DNA of 64,000 nucleotides from Sedimentisphaerales bacterium (GTDB lineage Bacteria > Planctomycetota > Phycisphaerae > Sedimentisphaerales > Anaerobacaceae): NCBI GenBank assembly GCA_963708075.1, contig OY970194.1:256001-320000 (forward strand). The letters are read 5' to 3'. Shown piece by piece: positions 1-9,957 of this stretch (positions are counted from its first letter, which is position 1; each line of letters begins with the position of its first letter). Both the position numbers and the translations under genes were made by a program. The notes under the pieces are model-generated. The model was not told the DNA's origin. It was given only the letters and a program-made list of their open reading frames with translations, and did no database searches.

Positions 1-273
1 CATCCCCGAAGGACAAGGTCTCTTCAGGCGGACGCTGCACTTGGGCGGGCGGTCGATCTTTATCATGTAGATGTTATCAGTTGCTTTTCGATTGGGACGG
101 TCGTTGATTTCCAGGAAGACCTTGCCCTCTACATTCACCGCGACTTCCATGGCCGCCAAGGCCAGAGCGCTGTCCTTGGCACGGAGCAGACAAGGCAAAG
201 ATATGCTGAGTAGTACGAGGATGATGGACATCACGACCAGCAGTTCAAGGAGGGTGAATCCTTTTCGTTCCAT
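1..273 (-). CDS. Prepilin-type N-terminal cleavage/methylation domain protein (runs off window edge)
   Basis: Not in ORF track; my translation from ATG 273 gives MERKGFTLLELLVVMSIILVLLSISLP (G|FTLLE type IV pilin motif), AAGGGG 7 nt upstream, open to base 1. Confidence 0.85.
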   Translation of the reverse strand, partial: MERKGFTLLELLVVMSIILVLLSISLPCLLRAKDSALALAAMEVAVNVEGKVFLEINDRPNRKATDNIYMIKIDRPPKCSVRLKRPCPSGM

Positions 274-585
274 AGTTGGTCCCCTTAAACTGCGATCGGT
301 TTCTTTGTATCCGGCTTAGCTGGGCTATACACGATACACACACTCTTCCTGAGATGGCACACAACAGAAATCCGCCGCGTTTATGTTAGGCTGGGGGCCG
401 GCGGAATTCAAGGAAATCGTGGGAAGAAAAGCAGGCAGGGGGGGGCCAGCGGGCTTCCCGGGGGGAATTCTGGGGACGCCATACTTACTGCCGGCGGGGT
501 TTGGGTCATGTTGGTCGGGGGGCTGGCGTGGGAGGCGGAGGAGAGAGCGGGGCAGGCCATCGAAGCCTCACCTTGCCGATTGTGC

Positions 586-614
586 TTGCATTTCCGCCAT
601 CTTGTGCATAGAAT
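586..614 (+). promoter_or_regulatory. Sigma70-like promoter for the protease gene
   Basis: TTGCAT(586-591)-N17-TAGAAT(609-614). Confidence 0.5.
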
Positions 615-698
615 AGTGGTAGAGTGCCTTGGTCTTTCAGGCGGAGAAAGGACGTGGTTGCCCGAGAACCTCAGCGGAATATAGGGAGGATCAACGGT

Positions 699-2096
699 AT
701 GCGGCGTGACATCAGCCTGCTCGTTTGGCTTGCCGGTGTAGTTGTCGGTTTTTGCTGCCCAGCGTCCCCCGGCGCGAATGTGGCGCTCTGGTCGCAAACG
801 AGCCCGAGCTACGTACCGCCGTCGGATGAGATCCGCGACAAACTGGCGATATGGCCGCCGGAGGTCGCAAAGAACCTGACCTACTATGTGAAGATCGAAG
901 CGCCGACGGAGATGGCAGGGAAGTTGGGAGAGGTGCTGGGGCATGCCATGTCGGTGTGGGAGAGCGCGGCCAATATCACGTTCGTGCCGGTGGCGGATCA
1001 GAATGCAGCCCATCTGGTGGTGAACATCGAGTACCATGCCGGGGGGGGCCATTACCATGGAGGCGGCAACGCCTGGCCGCCGGTCCGGCGTGCCGATGGG
1101 ACGTTTGAAACCAGCCACTTGAACCTGTATTTCGGTGGAGAGCCCGACCAGGCAACCGACTGGCGCGAGGAGTCCTGGGTATGGACGGCGGCACATGAGC
1201 TGGGACATGCCCTGGGGTTGTGGCACGAGTTTGAGCGCCCCGACCGCGACCAGTACATACGTATGTATCCCGGACAAAAGCTGCTGCCGGTCATCGAACA
1301 TGAGAAAGGTTTCACGGCGGACACGGCTTTGGACTATGCCTCGCTCATGATGTATGCCTGGACCGACAGCGATCGCCAGCCGTACTATTACCTGGCGTCG
1401 CCGGATCGCGCAGCCATTCCCTTGCCGACTGTCAGTTACTATCAAAGGAATGGTCTGTCGGTTGGGGATGCATGGATCATCCAGTGGCTTTACGGCAAAG
1501 CCCCCGATCGAGAGCCGATGGTCCATCAGGAACCCCGCCGTGACGACACGCCCTTGGTGGAATGGCAGAAGGCGGGATGGAATGCTGTGAATGCGCCGGG
1601 CACACAGATCTATGGCTGCGACGGGTGGGTGGTGATAGAGGCGGAGTACGGCCTCAATGACCATTGGACTTGGGGAGGCAATCCCCCTCGCCTGGAGAAA
1701 CGCATCGATCCGCGGCCGTTTCAAATGTCGGTGGAGGTGAAGGCCGAATACGTTCCCGCCCAAACGCATGCAGGGATCTTCGTCATCCTTGGCCCAAAGG
1801 ATTGGATTTACTTTGGTTCATTCGAGAATCCGCGCCAGATATGCGTGCAACGCACCGGCCAGGGGCTCAGCCCGGCCGTCAACATCAGCTCTAACAGTTT
1901 TCAACTGCACGTCCTCTACACTGGCGGACGTCTGAGCTTCGCCTGTACGGAGGGAGACGACACATGGGAAGTTGGGACATTTACCGGCCTGCCCGTGCCT
2001 GGGCAACTCGGCATGGGAATAAAGACCTGGGATTTTGGCGAACTCGGATATCGGCGCATATTGTTCCGGAACGTGTCCTTTTCGCTCTTGAGATAG
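699..2096 (+). CDS. Secreted astacin-like (M12A) zinc metalloprotease with C-terminal beta-sandwich domain
   Basis: HELGHALGLWHEFERPDRD and Met-turn DYASLMMY; signal peptide; GGAGGA RBS before ATG 699. Confidence 0.85.
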   Translation: MRRDISLLVWLAGVVVGFCCPASPGANVALWSQTSPSYVPPSDEIRDKLAIWPPEVAKNLTYYVKIEAPTEMAGKLGEVLGHAMSVWESAANITFVPVADQNAAHLVVNIEYHAGGGHYHGGGNAWPPVRRADGTFETSHLNLYFGGEPDQATDWREESWVWTAAHELGHALGLWHEFERPDRDQYIRMYPGQKLLPVIEHEKGFTADTALDYASLMMYAWTDSDRQPYYYLASPDRAAIPLPTVSYYQRNGLSVGDAWIIQWLYGKAPDREPMVHQEPRRDDTPLVEWQKAGWNAVNAPGTQIYGCDGWVVIEAEYGLNDHWTWGGNPPRLEKRIDPRPFQMSVEVKAEYVPAQTHAGIFVILGPKDWIYFGSFENPRQICVQRTGQGLSPAVNISSNSFQLHVLYTGGRLSFACTEGDDTWEVGTFTGLPVPGQLGMGIKTWDFGELGYRRILFRNVSFSLLR

Positions 2097-2138
2097 GGGG
2101 AATTGGGCCGGGCCGAGTCCCACTGAAGGAGCGGTTTC

Positions 2139-4178
2139 TTACCTCTGGCCAAGTGGCGCGGGCGGGACGGCGGGGAGGGTGACGGTGAAGGTGCTGCCTT
2201 GGGTGGGTTTGCTTTCGACGCTGATCGTGCCCTGATGGGCGTCGATGATGAATTTGGCGATGCTCAGGCCCAGGCCGCAGCCTTCGGCTCGGCGGGACAG
2301 GCTTCGATCCACCTGGTAGAAACGCCTGAAGATCTTCTTGAACGCCCGGCGCGGGATGCCGAGGCCATTGTCGCGGACGGTGAAACACACTTTGCCGTTG
2401 TCGCTCACGACGCTCAGCTTGATCTGCTTGTTGTCATAGGAGTACTTGTAGGCGTTGTCCAGCAGGTTCACTAAGACGGTGACCATGGCGTCGTGGTCGG
2501 CCTTGATCGTGGGCAGGTCCTCGGGGATGTCGGTTTCGAATTGGCATGAGCCCCGGCTGAACTTCGTCTTGACCGCCTGGGCGGCTGTTTGGGCGATGCT
2601 CGCCGGGCTGACCGGCCGCATCTGGAACGCCTGCTTGTTCCGCTCCATCCGCGAGAAGGTCAGGAAATTATCGATCAGCCGGCTGAGCCGCTCGTTCTCC
2701 CTCGCGACAAGCTGCAGGTACTCCATCACCTGCTGGGGATTGCGATAGTTGCCTTCGAGTAGCGTGTCCACCAGGACTCGCATAGAGGCCAGCGGGGTCT
2801 TGAGTTCGTGCGTGACCGTGGCGATGAAGTCGTTCTTGAGCCGGTTGAGCTTGACCTGCTTGCCGATGCTCTTGGCGGCCACGACGCCGGAGGCCAGGAT
2901 CAGTCCGATCACCAGCACGCCCGTCCAGGTGTACAGGGCAATCCGCTCATCGGCGGCCCTCTGAAGAATACCGGCGTCCTTGAAAAACAACTGGGTCGTC
3001 CAATCGGGGAAATACCGGCTGACAGGCTGCGTAGCGAAGGGCTCACGATCTGTCTCGCTGACTCCGGCGATGAGCCTTCCGGCTTCATCGACGATCTGAT
3101 AATCGACGTTCCTGTCCTGGAACTTGCGGGCATAGTCGCCGAGCGTGCGGGTGACATCCTTGCTGGATAGCAGCGCCGCACAGATTCCCCGGCTCGTCCT
3201 GCGGGCGACCGCGTAGAAAGCGGTGTCCGCGACCTTGACCGGCTGAAGCCGGTTCGGCTCCCAGCCGTCGAGCAGGTCGGTCGTCGGAAACTGCTCGGCA
3301 AACCGGATGGAGCGTTCCTCCACCTCGATGAGTCTCTCGATGCTGGCGCCATGAAGCAGGTCGGCGTTTTTGTCGAGCAGTCCGGTTTCGCTGCCGATCT
3401 CCAGGACTTTGCGGGCGAGGAAGAGGTTTTCGTCGGCGGGCAGGGCAAAGCCGGCGCCATTGGCGTTGTACAGCATGGCCAGTAGCTTGCGGAAGGTCTC
3501 CTCGTAGAGCGGCGAGTAGGCCGGATTGCTGCGCGTCCAGCCGAGCAGCAGCAGCCGGGCACTGGCAATCAGGGCCAGGCTGCGCGAATCCCCCGTCTCC
3601 GCCAGGGGGCTGAAGGCCGCCCGCTGCTTGCACTCGTTGATGGCCTGATCGAGATTGCCGAGTTTCACCAGGCAGCGGCTCTTGCCGATGCAGGCCGCCA
3701 GTCGGCCGTGATCATCGCTGATTCGTGAATACTCCTCATACCGGTCCGCCGCCTGTTGGTATTCCTGCTTGATGAACTCCAGCTCCCAGGCGTCGGCGAA
3801 GTCCTCAGACGGGCGATTGCCCGCGTCCACGGAGATGGCAGGGTAAAGGCGGTTGCCGGTTCCGTCGTACACGAGCAGCGCGTCATAGTCGCTCTGGACA
3901 GCGGCCGAGACAAGCTGCCGGTAGAAATGGACCGATGGCCTTCGCTCCAGGAGCTTGCAGTACTCGACCCATTGCTCCTCAGCTTTGGCCGTCGCTTCGG
4001 TCAACTGGTTCTCATAGGGTGTGACGAGCCTCTGCCGGACCGCCAGCCGCTCGCTCTTGACGACCTCGCTCATGAACCACAACAGGCAGACCGTCGGCAG
4101 GATCACCGCCACGCTCAGCAGCAGTACGACCCATCGAAACTGCCCAAAACCCGGATTCAGATGATGCAGGATTCTCAT
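2139..4178 (-). CDS. Membrane sensor histidine kinase (HisKA + HATPase_c)
   Basis: Two TM segments flanking a large helical/TPR-like sensor; H-box THELKTPL, N-box NLLDNAYKY, G-boxes DNGLGI and GCGLGL. Confidence 0.95.
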   Translation of the reverse strand: MRILHHLNPGFGQFRWVVLLLSVAVILPTVCLLWFMSEVVKSERLAVRQRLVTPYENQLTEATAKAEEQWVEYCKLLERRPSVHFYRQLVSAAVQSDYDALLVYDGTGNRLYPAISVDAGNRPSEDFADAWELEFIKQEYQQAADRYEEYSRISDDHGRLAACIGKSRCLVKLGNLDQAINECKQRAAFSPLAETGDSRSLALIASARLLLLGWTRSNPAYSPLYEETFRKLLAMLYNANGAGFALPADENLFLARKVLEIGSETGLLDKNADLLHGASIERLIEVEERSIRFAEQFPTTDLLDGWEPNRLQPVKVADTAFYAVARRTSRGICAALLSSKDVTRTLGDYARKFQDRNVDYQIVDEAGRLIAGVSETDREPFATQPVSRYFPDWTTQLFFKDAGILQRAADERIALYTWTGVLVIGLILASGVVAAKSIGKQVKLNRLKNDFIATVTHELKTPLASMRVLVDTLLEGNYRNPQQVMEYLQLVARENERLSRLIDNFLTFSRMERNKQAFQMRPVSPASIAQTAAQAVKTKFSRGSCQFETDIPEDLPTIKADHDAMVTVLVNLLDNAYKYSYDNKQIKLSVVSDNGKVCFTVRDNGLGIPRRAFKKIFRRFYQVDRSLSRRAEGCGLGLSIAKFIIDAHQGTISVESKPTQGSTFTVTLPAVPPAPLGQR

Positions 4179-4348
4179 AAGACAGTCACATCGGCAGCCA
4201 CGATACCCGGACTCATTCCATTCCTATCGACCACTGACACCTGTGTGCCACAATTATACTGCATCGCCGCGATACTCACGGCGAAAATGCGAGCGGGAGG
4301 CCGAGACGTGTCCGGCCTCCCGCGACTCTCTATTCCTTTATGGAAGGA

Positions 4349-7300
4349 TCATTTTCCTTCGTAGAGTTGGCGGACCTGGGCTTCGGGCAGGCCGAAGTTG
4401 TAGATGCGGAGATCGTCAATCAAGCCGTTCCAGAAGCGGTCCTGCATCTGCGTATTCGCCCCGATCTGGACGAGCGCATCATTCTCGTTGATGGGGCCCG
4501 ATGCTTCCTGGGAGGTATCGAGAGTCCCGTCGACATACACGTACATTTTCTTGCCGTCGTAAGCCCCGGCGATGTGGTGCCATTCGCGGAGGCTGATGCT
4601 CCGCGTGCCGAACAGGCTGCCATAGGGGCTGCCGCTGGGGATGCGAACGCCAGTGCAGGCGAATTCCAGCATGTCGGTCTCATTGTTCCTCTGAATCCTC
4701 CAGGCGTTGTCACCCTTCGTGACGATGGCCTGCCAGGGTTTGTCCAGAGCATCGGCCTTGATCCACGCGGCGATGGTGACGCCGGAGGTGAAATCGAATG
4801 CAGATTCGTTGGCCACGTCGAGGAAGTCGCCGTCGCCGCCGAGGTCGATAGCGCCGCCGAGCTTGCCGCCCGCGGGTTGCCAGTCGGGATTGCCCTGCAC
4901 GGTTGCTTCATTGCCGTTACCGGAGGCGTCGGCCGCGGTCCGCCCCTCGGACTCATCGAGCTTCCACCAGGCGACCAGGCCGGCCAGCTCGATCGTGCCC
5001 AGTGCGTTCGGCTGCTGCCAGGCGATGTCATTTTCCGTGTGCCACATGAGCTTGGTGTCGCGGTCGCCGCCGTCATCATCGTCGTTCACGTGCACATCGA
5101 ACCCGATCCTCGTTCCGGTCCGGGCCGTGACACCCAGAGTGGACCAGGGGAATTTGATGAGAAAACGATAGCCCTTGTCGGTTGGAGTGGCGGTGGTCTC
5201 CACGCCCTCCATCTTGTTATGGCGGGACTCGCCCTGGCTGCTGGCGGCGGTGAATCGGGAGCCCTCCCAGGAGAAGTGGTATTGGTAGTCGTTGTCCTCA
5301 TAGACGGTGGACTTGCTGTTATCGGCATCGATGAAGACCTCGACACTGTCATCCAGCCAGAACTCCACGGAGTCGTCAATCGGCTTGTCGTCGATGACGT
5401 CCACGAGCAGGTAGAGAGCCTGTTTGTCCCACGCCGTCTTGAAGCTGGCCGACAGATCCTCGGGGGATGAGGGGGCGTTGTAGGCCACGTGCTCGATAGC
5501 TTGTGACGGCAGGGCGGCCCATTCCTTCTCGTCCTTTAACGTGAGGGGTTGGCTTGCCTGTGGAACGCTGAGCGCCATCTGGGCCTTCGCGGTTGCTGCA
5601 ACCACGCTCTCCTTGGCCTCCGCAATCATCTGCGCAAGTTGCCCGATGGCCCCAACGATCTGGTTCATTGGGGGCAGGTCGCTGACGCTCAGGCGGATGC
5701 CGAAGCTGTTCGGCTCTTCACTCGTCAGGAGCCGGATTGTGGTCTTGTCGGTGGCTTTAATCAACTCCTTGATGGACTGCTGCGCCTTCGCAGCGGCCTC
5801 TTCCGAGGGGAAGTGCACGTTCTGTGCGGCCAGTCCAAGGGCTCCGGCGACATTGATGGCGACGAGCTTGCTCGTCTTCGGCGACAGCGTCGCGATCGCG
5901 TCCTGCAGCTTGCCGCTGTTGACCACGGAGCTGTCCTGCTTCAGTGCCGTCACGGAGCTGCCAACCACCTGCGGGCTCAGGGACAGCACCATCGTCTTCG
6001 TCGAGTCATCGGTGTAGCCGATGAGTTTCATTTGGTTGGCCAGGGCGATCTCGTACTGTCCCGAAGCCGGCACCTCCTGTTGCGCATCGGGGGCAATCAG
6101 GTTTGCCGTCGTCAACAGCGTCATCAGCAACTGTTGTGTCTTCTGCGGCTCGCGACTGGTCACGGCCAAACCGATCGACTGGACGATCGGTGGGATCCCA
6201 CCCCATTCCGTCGTGGTTGTCGTCGCTGCCTTCCCCGGCACCAGGAACAGGCTGACCTGCTCGATATTGCCGAAGATCTGAGAGCCGATGTCCAGTCCCG
6301 TGGCCTTCTGGATCTGGCCGCCGGCGGCTTGCGCCTGTGGCGTGTCGGCCCCGCCCAGCGTCAGACTGACCAGGGCAATGGCGTCGGCCGGCACGGCTTT
6401 GAGAGCCGCCTTGTTCAGGTTCGGCGTGCGGATCAGGTTGTAGGCCATGGACTGGCTCCCGTCCTTGAAGTTGACGTTGGCCTCCAGAGCCGCACCCGTC
6501 TCACGCAGCGAGAACGTGGCGATCAAATCATCCACGTTCTTGAAATTGACCATATCGTTGGCCATCCGCAACTGCTGCGGAATCTGGTCCGCGGGCATGA
6601 CCTTCGACAGCCTCTGATACGTCTCGCCAACGTTCACCCAGAGCGTCAGGGCATTCTGCTGGCGGGCCTGCTTGCTGATCCGGACAAACGAAGCGTTGGC
6701 AGAGCCCAGCGAAGGCTGACGGGCGGACCCTTTGTACTGCTTGATCGACCACTCCAGCATTTCCGTGGCCTTGGGCGAAGGACTGACCACGATGAAGACC
6801 ATGTCGTCGTACGCGGCGCCGCCCCCATCGGCGAACTTCACGGTCGTCATGCCCTCCATGGGCGTGCTGCCCTGGCCGAGCATGCTGATTCCCATCGTGA
6901 GAAGGCCGCGAAGGGCGTCGCTGCGGCCGGGGAACAGCACGATAATCGCCGGCGGGTTGTTCTGAGAGATGTCGGTAAGCCCGATGCCGAGACCGCGAAT
7001 CTTCTTAAGCTCGGCCAGCATGGCGGGGTTCAGAATCTTGCCAACCATTTCTGCGGGACCGCCGCCACCGGAAGCAGGGGCCTGCCCGTTGTGCTCGCCG
7101 GTCTGGCCGGGGTCTTTCCCCATGTTGAGAGCGTTGAGCGGGTTCTCCAGGGGCGTGCCCTTGAGCATGTTGAGAATGGTCTCGACCTGCCGGCCCGGCG
7201 TGCCGATCTCAAGGTACACCAGCACCTCCGGCGGCATGAGGTTGGCCGGATCGGCGTTGCCAAGCTCCTCCAGCATGGGCTTGACCTTCTCCACAAGCTC

Positions 7301-7600
7301 CGTCTGGTCGCTGTACTCCGTCACGAGCTTCTGGAAAGCGGCCCGGGCCTCCGGCTCGTTCTTCTTCTTGAGCTGGCACGAGCCCTGTCGATACAAGGCC
7401 TGGGCCACGAGATTCCTCGGGGCGGAGCTGTCGAGGATGATCTGCTGATAGATCCCGATAGCTGCATCGAGATTGCCCTCGACCTCCTCGGCGTAGAGCC
7501 CCTCGCGGAGCAGCTCCGCCGCCGATTTCGCGTGCACCGCCGGGGCCAACAGGCCCGCCAGCAGCACCGCAACGGTGAACAGGGTCATGTGCTTTGCCAT
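4349..7600 (-). CDS. Large secreted multidomain protein: TPR-like N-terminus, CBM9-like sugar-binding domain, LamG/ConA-like C-terminus
   Basis: Signal peptide after AAGGAG RBS; AWDKQALYLLVDVIDD..DSVEVFID..IGFDVHVNDDD (CBM9-like); LVAWWKLDE..WHHIAGAYDG..GLIDDLRIYN (LamG). Confidence 0.8.
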   Translation of the reverse strand: MAKHMTLFTVAVLLAGLLAPAVHAKSAAELLREGLYAEEVEGNLDAAIGIYQQIILDSSAPRNLVAQALYRQGSCQLKKKNEPEARAAFQKLVTEYSDQTELVEKVKPMLEELGNADPANLMPPEVLVYLEIGTPGRQVETILNMLKGTPLENPLNALNMGKDPGQTGEHNGQAPASGGGGPAEMVGKILNPAMLAELKKIRGLGIGLTDISQNNPPAIIVLFPGRSDALRGLLTMGISMLGQGSTPMEGMTTVKFADGGGAAYDDMVFIVVSPSPKATEMLEWSIKQYKGSARQPSLGSANASFVRISKQARQQNALTLWVNVGETYQRLSKVMPADQIPQQLRMANDMVNFKNVDDLIATFSLRETGAALEANVNFKDGSQSMAYNLIRTPNLNKAALKAVPADAIALVSLTLGGADTPQAQAAGGQIQKATGLDIGSQIFGNIEQVSLFLVPGKAATTTTTEWGGIPPIVQSIGLAVTSREPQKTQQLLMTLLTTANLIAPDAQQEVPASGQYEIALANQMKLIGYTDDSTKTMVLSLSPQVVGSSVTALKQDSSVVNSGKLQDAIATLSPKTSKLVAINVAGALGLAAQNVHFPSEEAAAKAQQSIKELIKATDKTTIRLLTSEEPNSFGIRLSVSDLPPMNQIVGAIGQLAQMIAEAKESVVAATAKAQMALSVPQASQPLTLKDEKEWAALPSQAIEHVAYNAPSSPEDLSASFKTAWDKQALYLLVDVIDDKPIDDSVEFWLDDSVEVFIDADNSKSTVYEDNDYQYHFSWEGSRFTAASSQGESRHNKMEGVETTATPTDKGYRFLIKFPWSTLGVTARTGTRIGFDVHVNDDDDGGDRDTKLMWHTENDIAWQQPNALGTIELAGLVAWWKLDESEGRTAADASGNGNEATVQGNPDWQPAGGKLGGAIDLGGDGDFLDVANESAFDFTSGVTIAAWIKADALDKPWQAIVTKGDNAWRIQRNNETDMLEFACTGVRIPSGSPYGSLFGTRSISLREWHHIAGAYDGKKMYVYVDGTLDTSQEASGPINENDALVQIGANTQMQDRFWNGLIDDLRIYNFGLPEAQVRQLYEGK

Positions 7601-7649
7601 AGCTGTGCTCCTTTCCGTAAAGGCATTCGCGGATACTTGGTTCCGTACC

Positions 7650-7686
7650 ACTGTAATGTCCGTCCCGCGTGTTACAGTTTTGTTAC
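7650..7686 (-). promoter_or_regulatory. OmpR/PhoB-style tandem direct repeat over the -35 region plus -10 box
   Basis: Minus strand GTAACA-N5-GTAACA (11-bp period), 14 nt, then TACAGT. Confidence 0.55.
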
Positions 7687-7779
7687 CGCTTCATCCTTTT
7701 TTAGTGATTTTTCGAGAGAGGCTGGTAGCATGGGCCGGGTGGCTGGCAGTGGTCGGTGGCAACGCCGAAGGCCGGGTTC

Positions 7780-7828
7780 GTAGTGTGTCCGTAAGGGCAT
7801 ACAAGGGAACGCCTCACGGCGTCACTAC
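7780..7828. repeat. GTAG-type REP doublet (REPIN-like)
   Basis: GTAGTGTGTCCGTAAGGGCATAC ... AACGCCTCACGGCGTCACTAC; 7808-7828 is the exact reverse complement of 11592-11612. Confidence 0.75.
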
Positions 7829-7834
7829 GAGCGT

Positions 7835-7909
7835 GGTGCCGTGTCCACGCTTGCGTGGACATGGCCATCGTGAGAGAAACATGCTTACGCAAGCGTAAGC
7901 ATGGTGCCC
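7835..7909. repeat. Pair of palindromic repeats of a second REP-like family
   Basis: GTGTCCACGC-TT-GCGTGGACAT and CATGCTTACGC-AA-GCGTAAGCATG; degenerate copy ATGCTTATGCAAGCGTAAGC at 25227-25246. Confidence 0.65.
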
Positions 7910-7982
7910 AGCATTATGTCTCGGACGAAGCACCGACAACTGGGAACTGTCAACCGACAACCGGGTCCCGGGAGTTTCATTT

Positions 7983-9557
7983 GTGGAATTGAGTGCTCTT
8001 GATTATGGTGTGTTCGCCCTGTACTGCGTGGCCGTGCTGGCCGTGGGGTGGTGGGTGGCGCGGAAGGAGAAGACGTCGCAGGACTATTTCCTGGCGGGAC
8101 GCCGCCTGCCGTGGTATGCCATCGGCTTCTCGCTGATCGCCACGAGTATTTCCACGGAGCAGTTCATCGGCGAGGTCGGATTCGCCTACCGTCACGGGCT
8201 GGCCGTGGCGAACTGGGAGTGGGGGGTGTTCCCGGCGATGACCGTGATGATCCTGTTTTTTGTCCCGTTCTATGTACGCCGACAGATCAGCACGATGCCC
8301 GAGTGGCTGGAGCACCGCTTCGGCCCGTCCACCCGGCTCACCCTCGCCGTCATCATGGTGCTGTCATATGTCTTCATCAACCTCGCCGGGGTGCTGTACG
8401 CCGGCGGCCTGGCGCTGCACGCGATCTTCGGCGTCAATCTCTGGTGGGCGATCATCATGCTGGCTGTGGTGACAGCGGTGTACACGGTGATGGGCGGCTT
8501 GCCCGCCGTCGTCTGGAACGACGTGATCCAGGCGGTGCTCTTGCTGGCGGCGGGGTTGCTCGTCTTCTTCCTCGGCCTGCACGAAGTGGGAGGCTGGGAG
8601 GCCATGCGCGGCACGGGCGACCGGGCCCACCTGATGCTCCCCGCCAGCCATCGCGAACTGCCCTGGACCGGCATCCTCGTGGGCATGGTCTCGACGAACC
8701 TGTGGTACTACGCAACGAACCAGTACATCAATCAGCGGGTCCTGGGCGCTCGCAACGAATGGCACGCCCGGGCCGGGGTGATCTTCGCAGGTTTCCTCGG
8801 CCTGTTCCTGGCGTTGTCCGTATGCTTCCCGGGCCTGATCGCGTACCGGCTGTTCCCAAACCTGGAGAACCCCGATGAAGCGTATCCAAGAGTCGTCAGC
8901 CATTTGGTCGGCCCGCTCGGCTACGGTCTTCGCGGCCTGGTCTTCGCCGGGCTGATCGGGGCCATCATGTCCACGCTCGATGCCCTGATGAACTCGTGCG
9001 CGACCATCCTGTCGATCGACTTCTACCAGCGGTTGTGGAACCCGTCGGCGAGCGACCGCCAGATGATCCGGATCGGTCGCATCACGACGCTGGCTGTGCT
9101 CGTGGTGGGGGGCCTTTGGACCCCGGTCGTCAGCCAGTGGAAAACCCTGTTCGGCTATTTCCAGGAATGCTGGTTCTTCATGGCTGTGCCGATTGTCGTC
9201 GTCTTCGTCTCGGCCCTGCTCTGGCCTCGCTCCAACAACTTCTCCGCCACCGCGACGCTGCTGCTGTGCATCCCCATGACCCTGCTACCTGCTGTGCTGC
9301 AGGCCCTGCACCTGGAGGTCAACTCCTTCAACCTGGCCGGCATCCTGCTCGCCCCGGTGATCGCGTTCCATATTGTGACAGCCTATCTCCGGCCCGCCCC
9401 GTCCGCGAGCGTGGCAGAAAGATGGATCTGGAAACCGCACCTGTTCTTCCTGCCACCTCAGGAGAGGTCTGCCTCCCGGCCCTGGTACATGAACCTCATC
9501 CTGTGGTGGTCCCTCGTCGCGGCCGCCTACATCACGCTCTATGCTCTCTTCTGGTGA
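7983..9557 (+). CDS. Sodium:solute symporter (SSS/SLC5 family, probably sugar)
   Basis: DYFLAGRRLPW, ATSISTEQFIG, TMPEWLEHRF, WYYATNQYINQRVLGAR, AIMSTLDALMNS; ~13-14 TM. Confidence 0.92.
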   Translation: MELSALDYGVFALYCVAVLAVGWWVARKEKTSQDYFLAGRRLPWYAIGFSLIATSISTEQFIGEVGFAYRHGLAVANWEWGVFPAMTVMILFFVPFYVRRQISTMPEWLEHRFGPSTRLTLAVIMVLSYVFINLAGVLYAGGLALHAIFGVNLWWAIIMLAVVTAVYTVMGGLPAVVWNDVIQAVLLLAAGLLVFFLGLHEVGGWEAMRGTGDRAHLMLPASHRELPWTGILVGMVSTNLWYYATNQYINQRVLGARNEWHARAGVIFAGFLGLFLALSVCFPGLIAYRLFPNLENPDEAYPRVVSHLVGPLGYGLRGLVFAGLIGAIMSTLDALMNSCATILSIDFYQRLWNPSASDRQMIRIGRITTLAVLVVGGLWTPVVSQWKTLFGYFQECWFFMAVPIVVVFVSALLWPRSNNFSATATLLLCIPMTLLPAVLQALHLEVNSFNLAGILLAPVIAFHIVTAYLRPAPSASVAERWIWKPHLFFLPPQERSASRPWYMNLILWWSLVAAAYITLYALFW

Positions 9558-9627
9558 AAGCGACTGCTGCTTCGAGTTCCACTCTGAAGGGTGCGGTCGG
9601 AATAGGTGGCAATCGGTGAGCCTCTTC

Positions 9628-9729
9628 GTAGGTCGTGCGTCCCCGCACGACCATTCCGGGCCCTTGCGGTGGACCGGATACTATACAAGGCCACAGCCCA
9701 GGAGGGACGAGCGAGGACGCTCGTCCTAC
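9628..9729. repeat. GTAG-type REP doublet
   Basis: GTAGGTCGTGCGTCCCCGCACGACC and inverted partner GGACGAGCGAGGACGCTCGTCCTAC. Confidence 0.75.
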
Positions 9730-9957
9730 GCGGAGCCCGAATTCGCCACTGAATGCCAACCGCACCCACTCTGAACACGTGCGGTCCTGGATATTGACGA
9801 GGCGGCATCACGCGTTACAATGCATGGTGGCAAGTAAAAGATGCAGGATCAACTACCAGGATGCAGGGCCACGGGGGTTCTGCCCGATTGGCAAAGGACA
9901 TCGTTGGTTGAACACAAAGACCGGAAATTGCTGTCGTTTCAAGAGGAGAAGTGAGCC

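Noticed and set aside
5549..7783. Long antisense ORFs (also 408-1769, 18987-20408, 47438-49579, 58997-60733, 61560-62975)
   Set aside because: Shadow frames of well-supported genes, expected at high GC; no recognisable motifs
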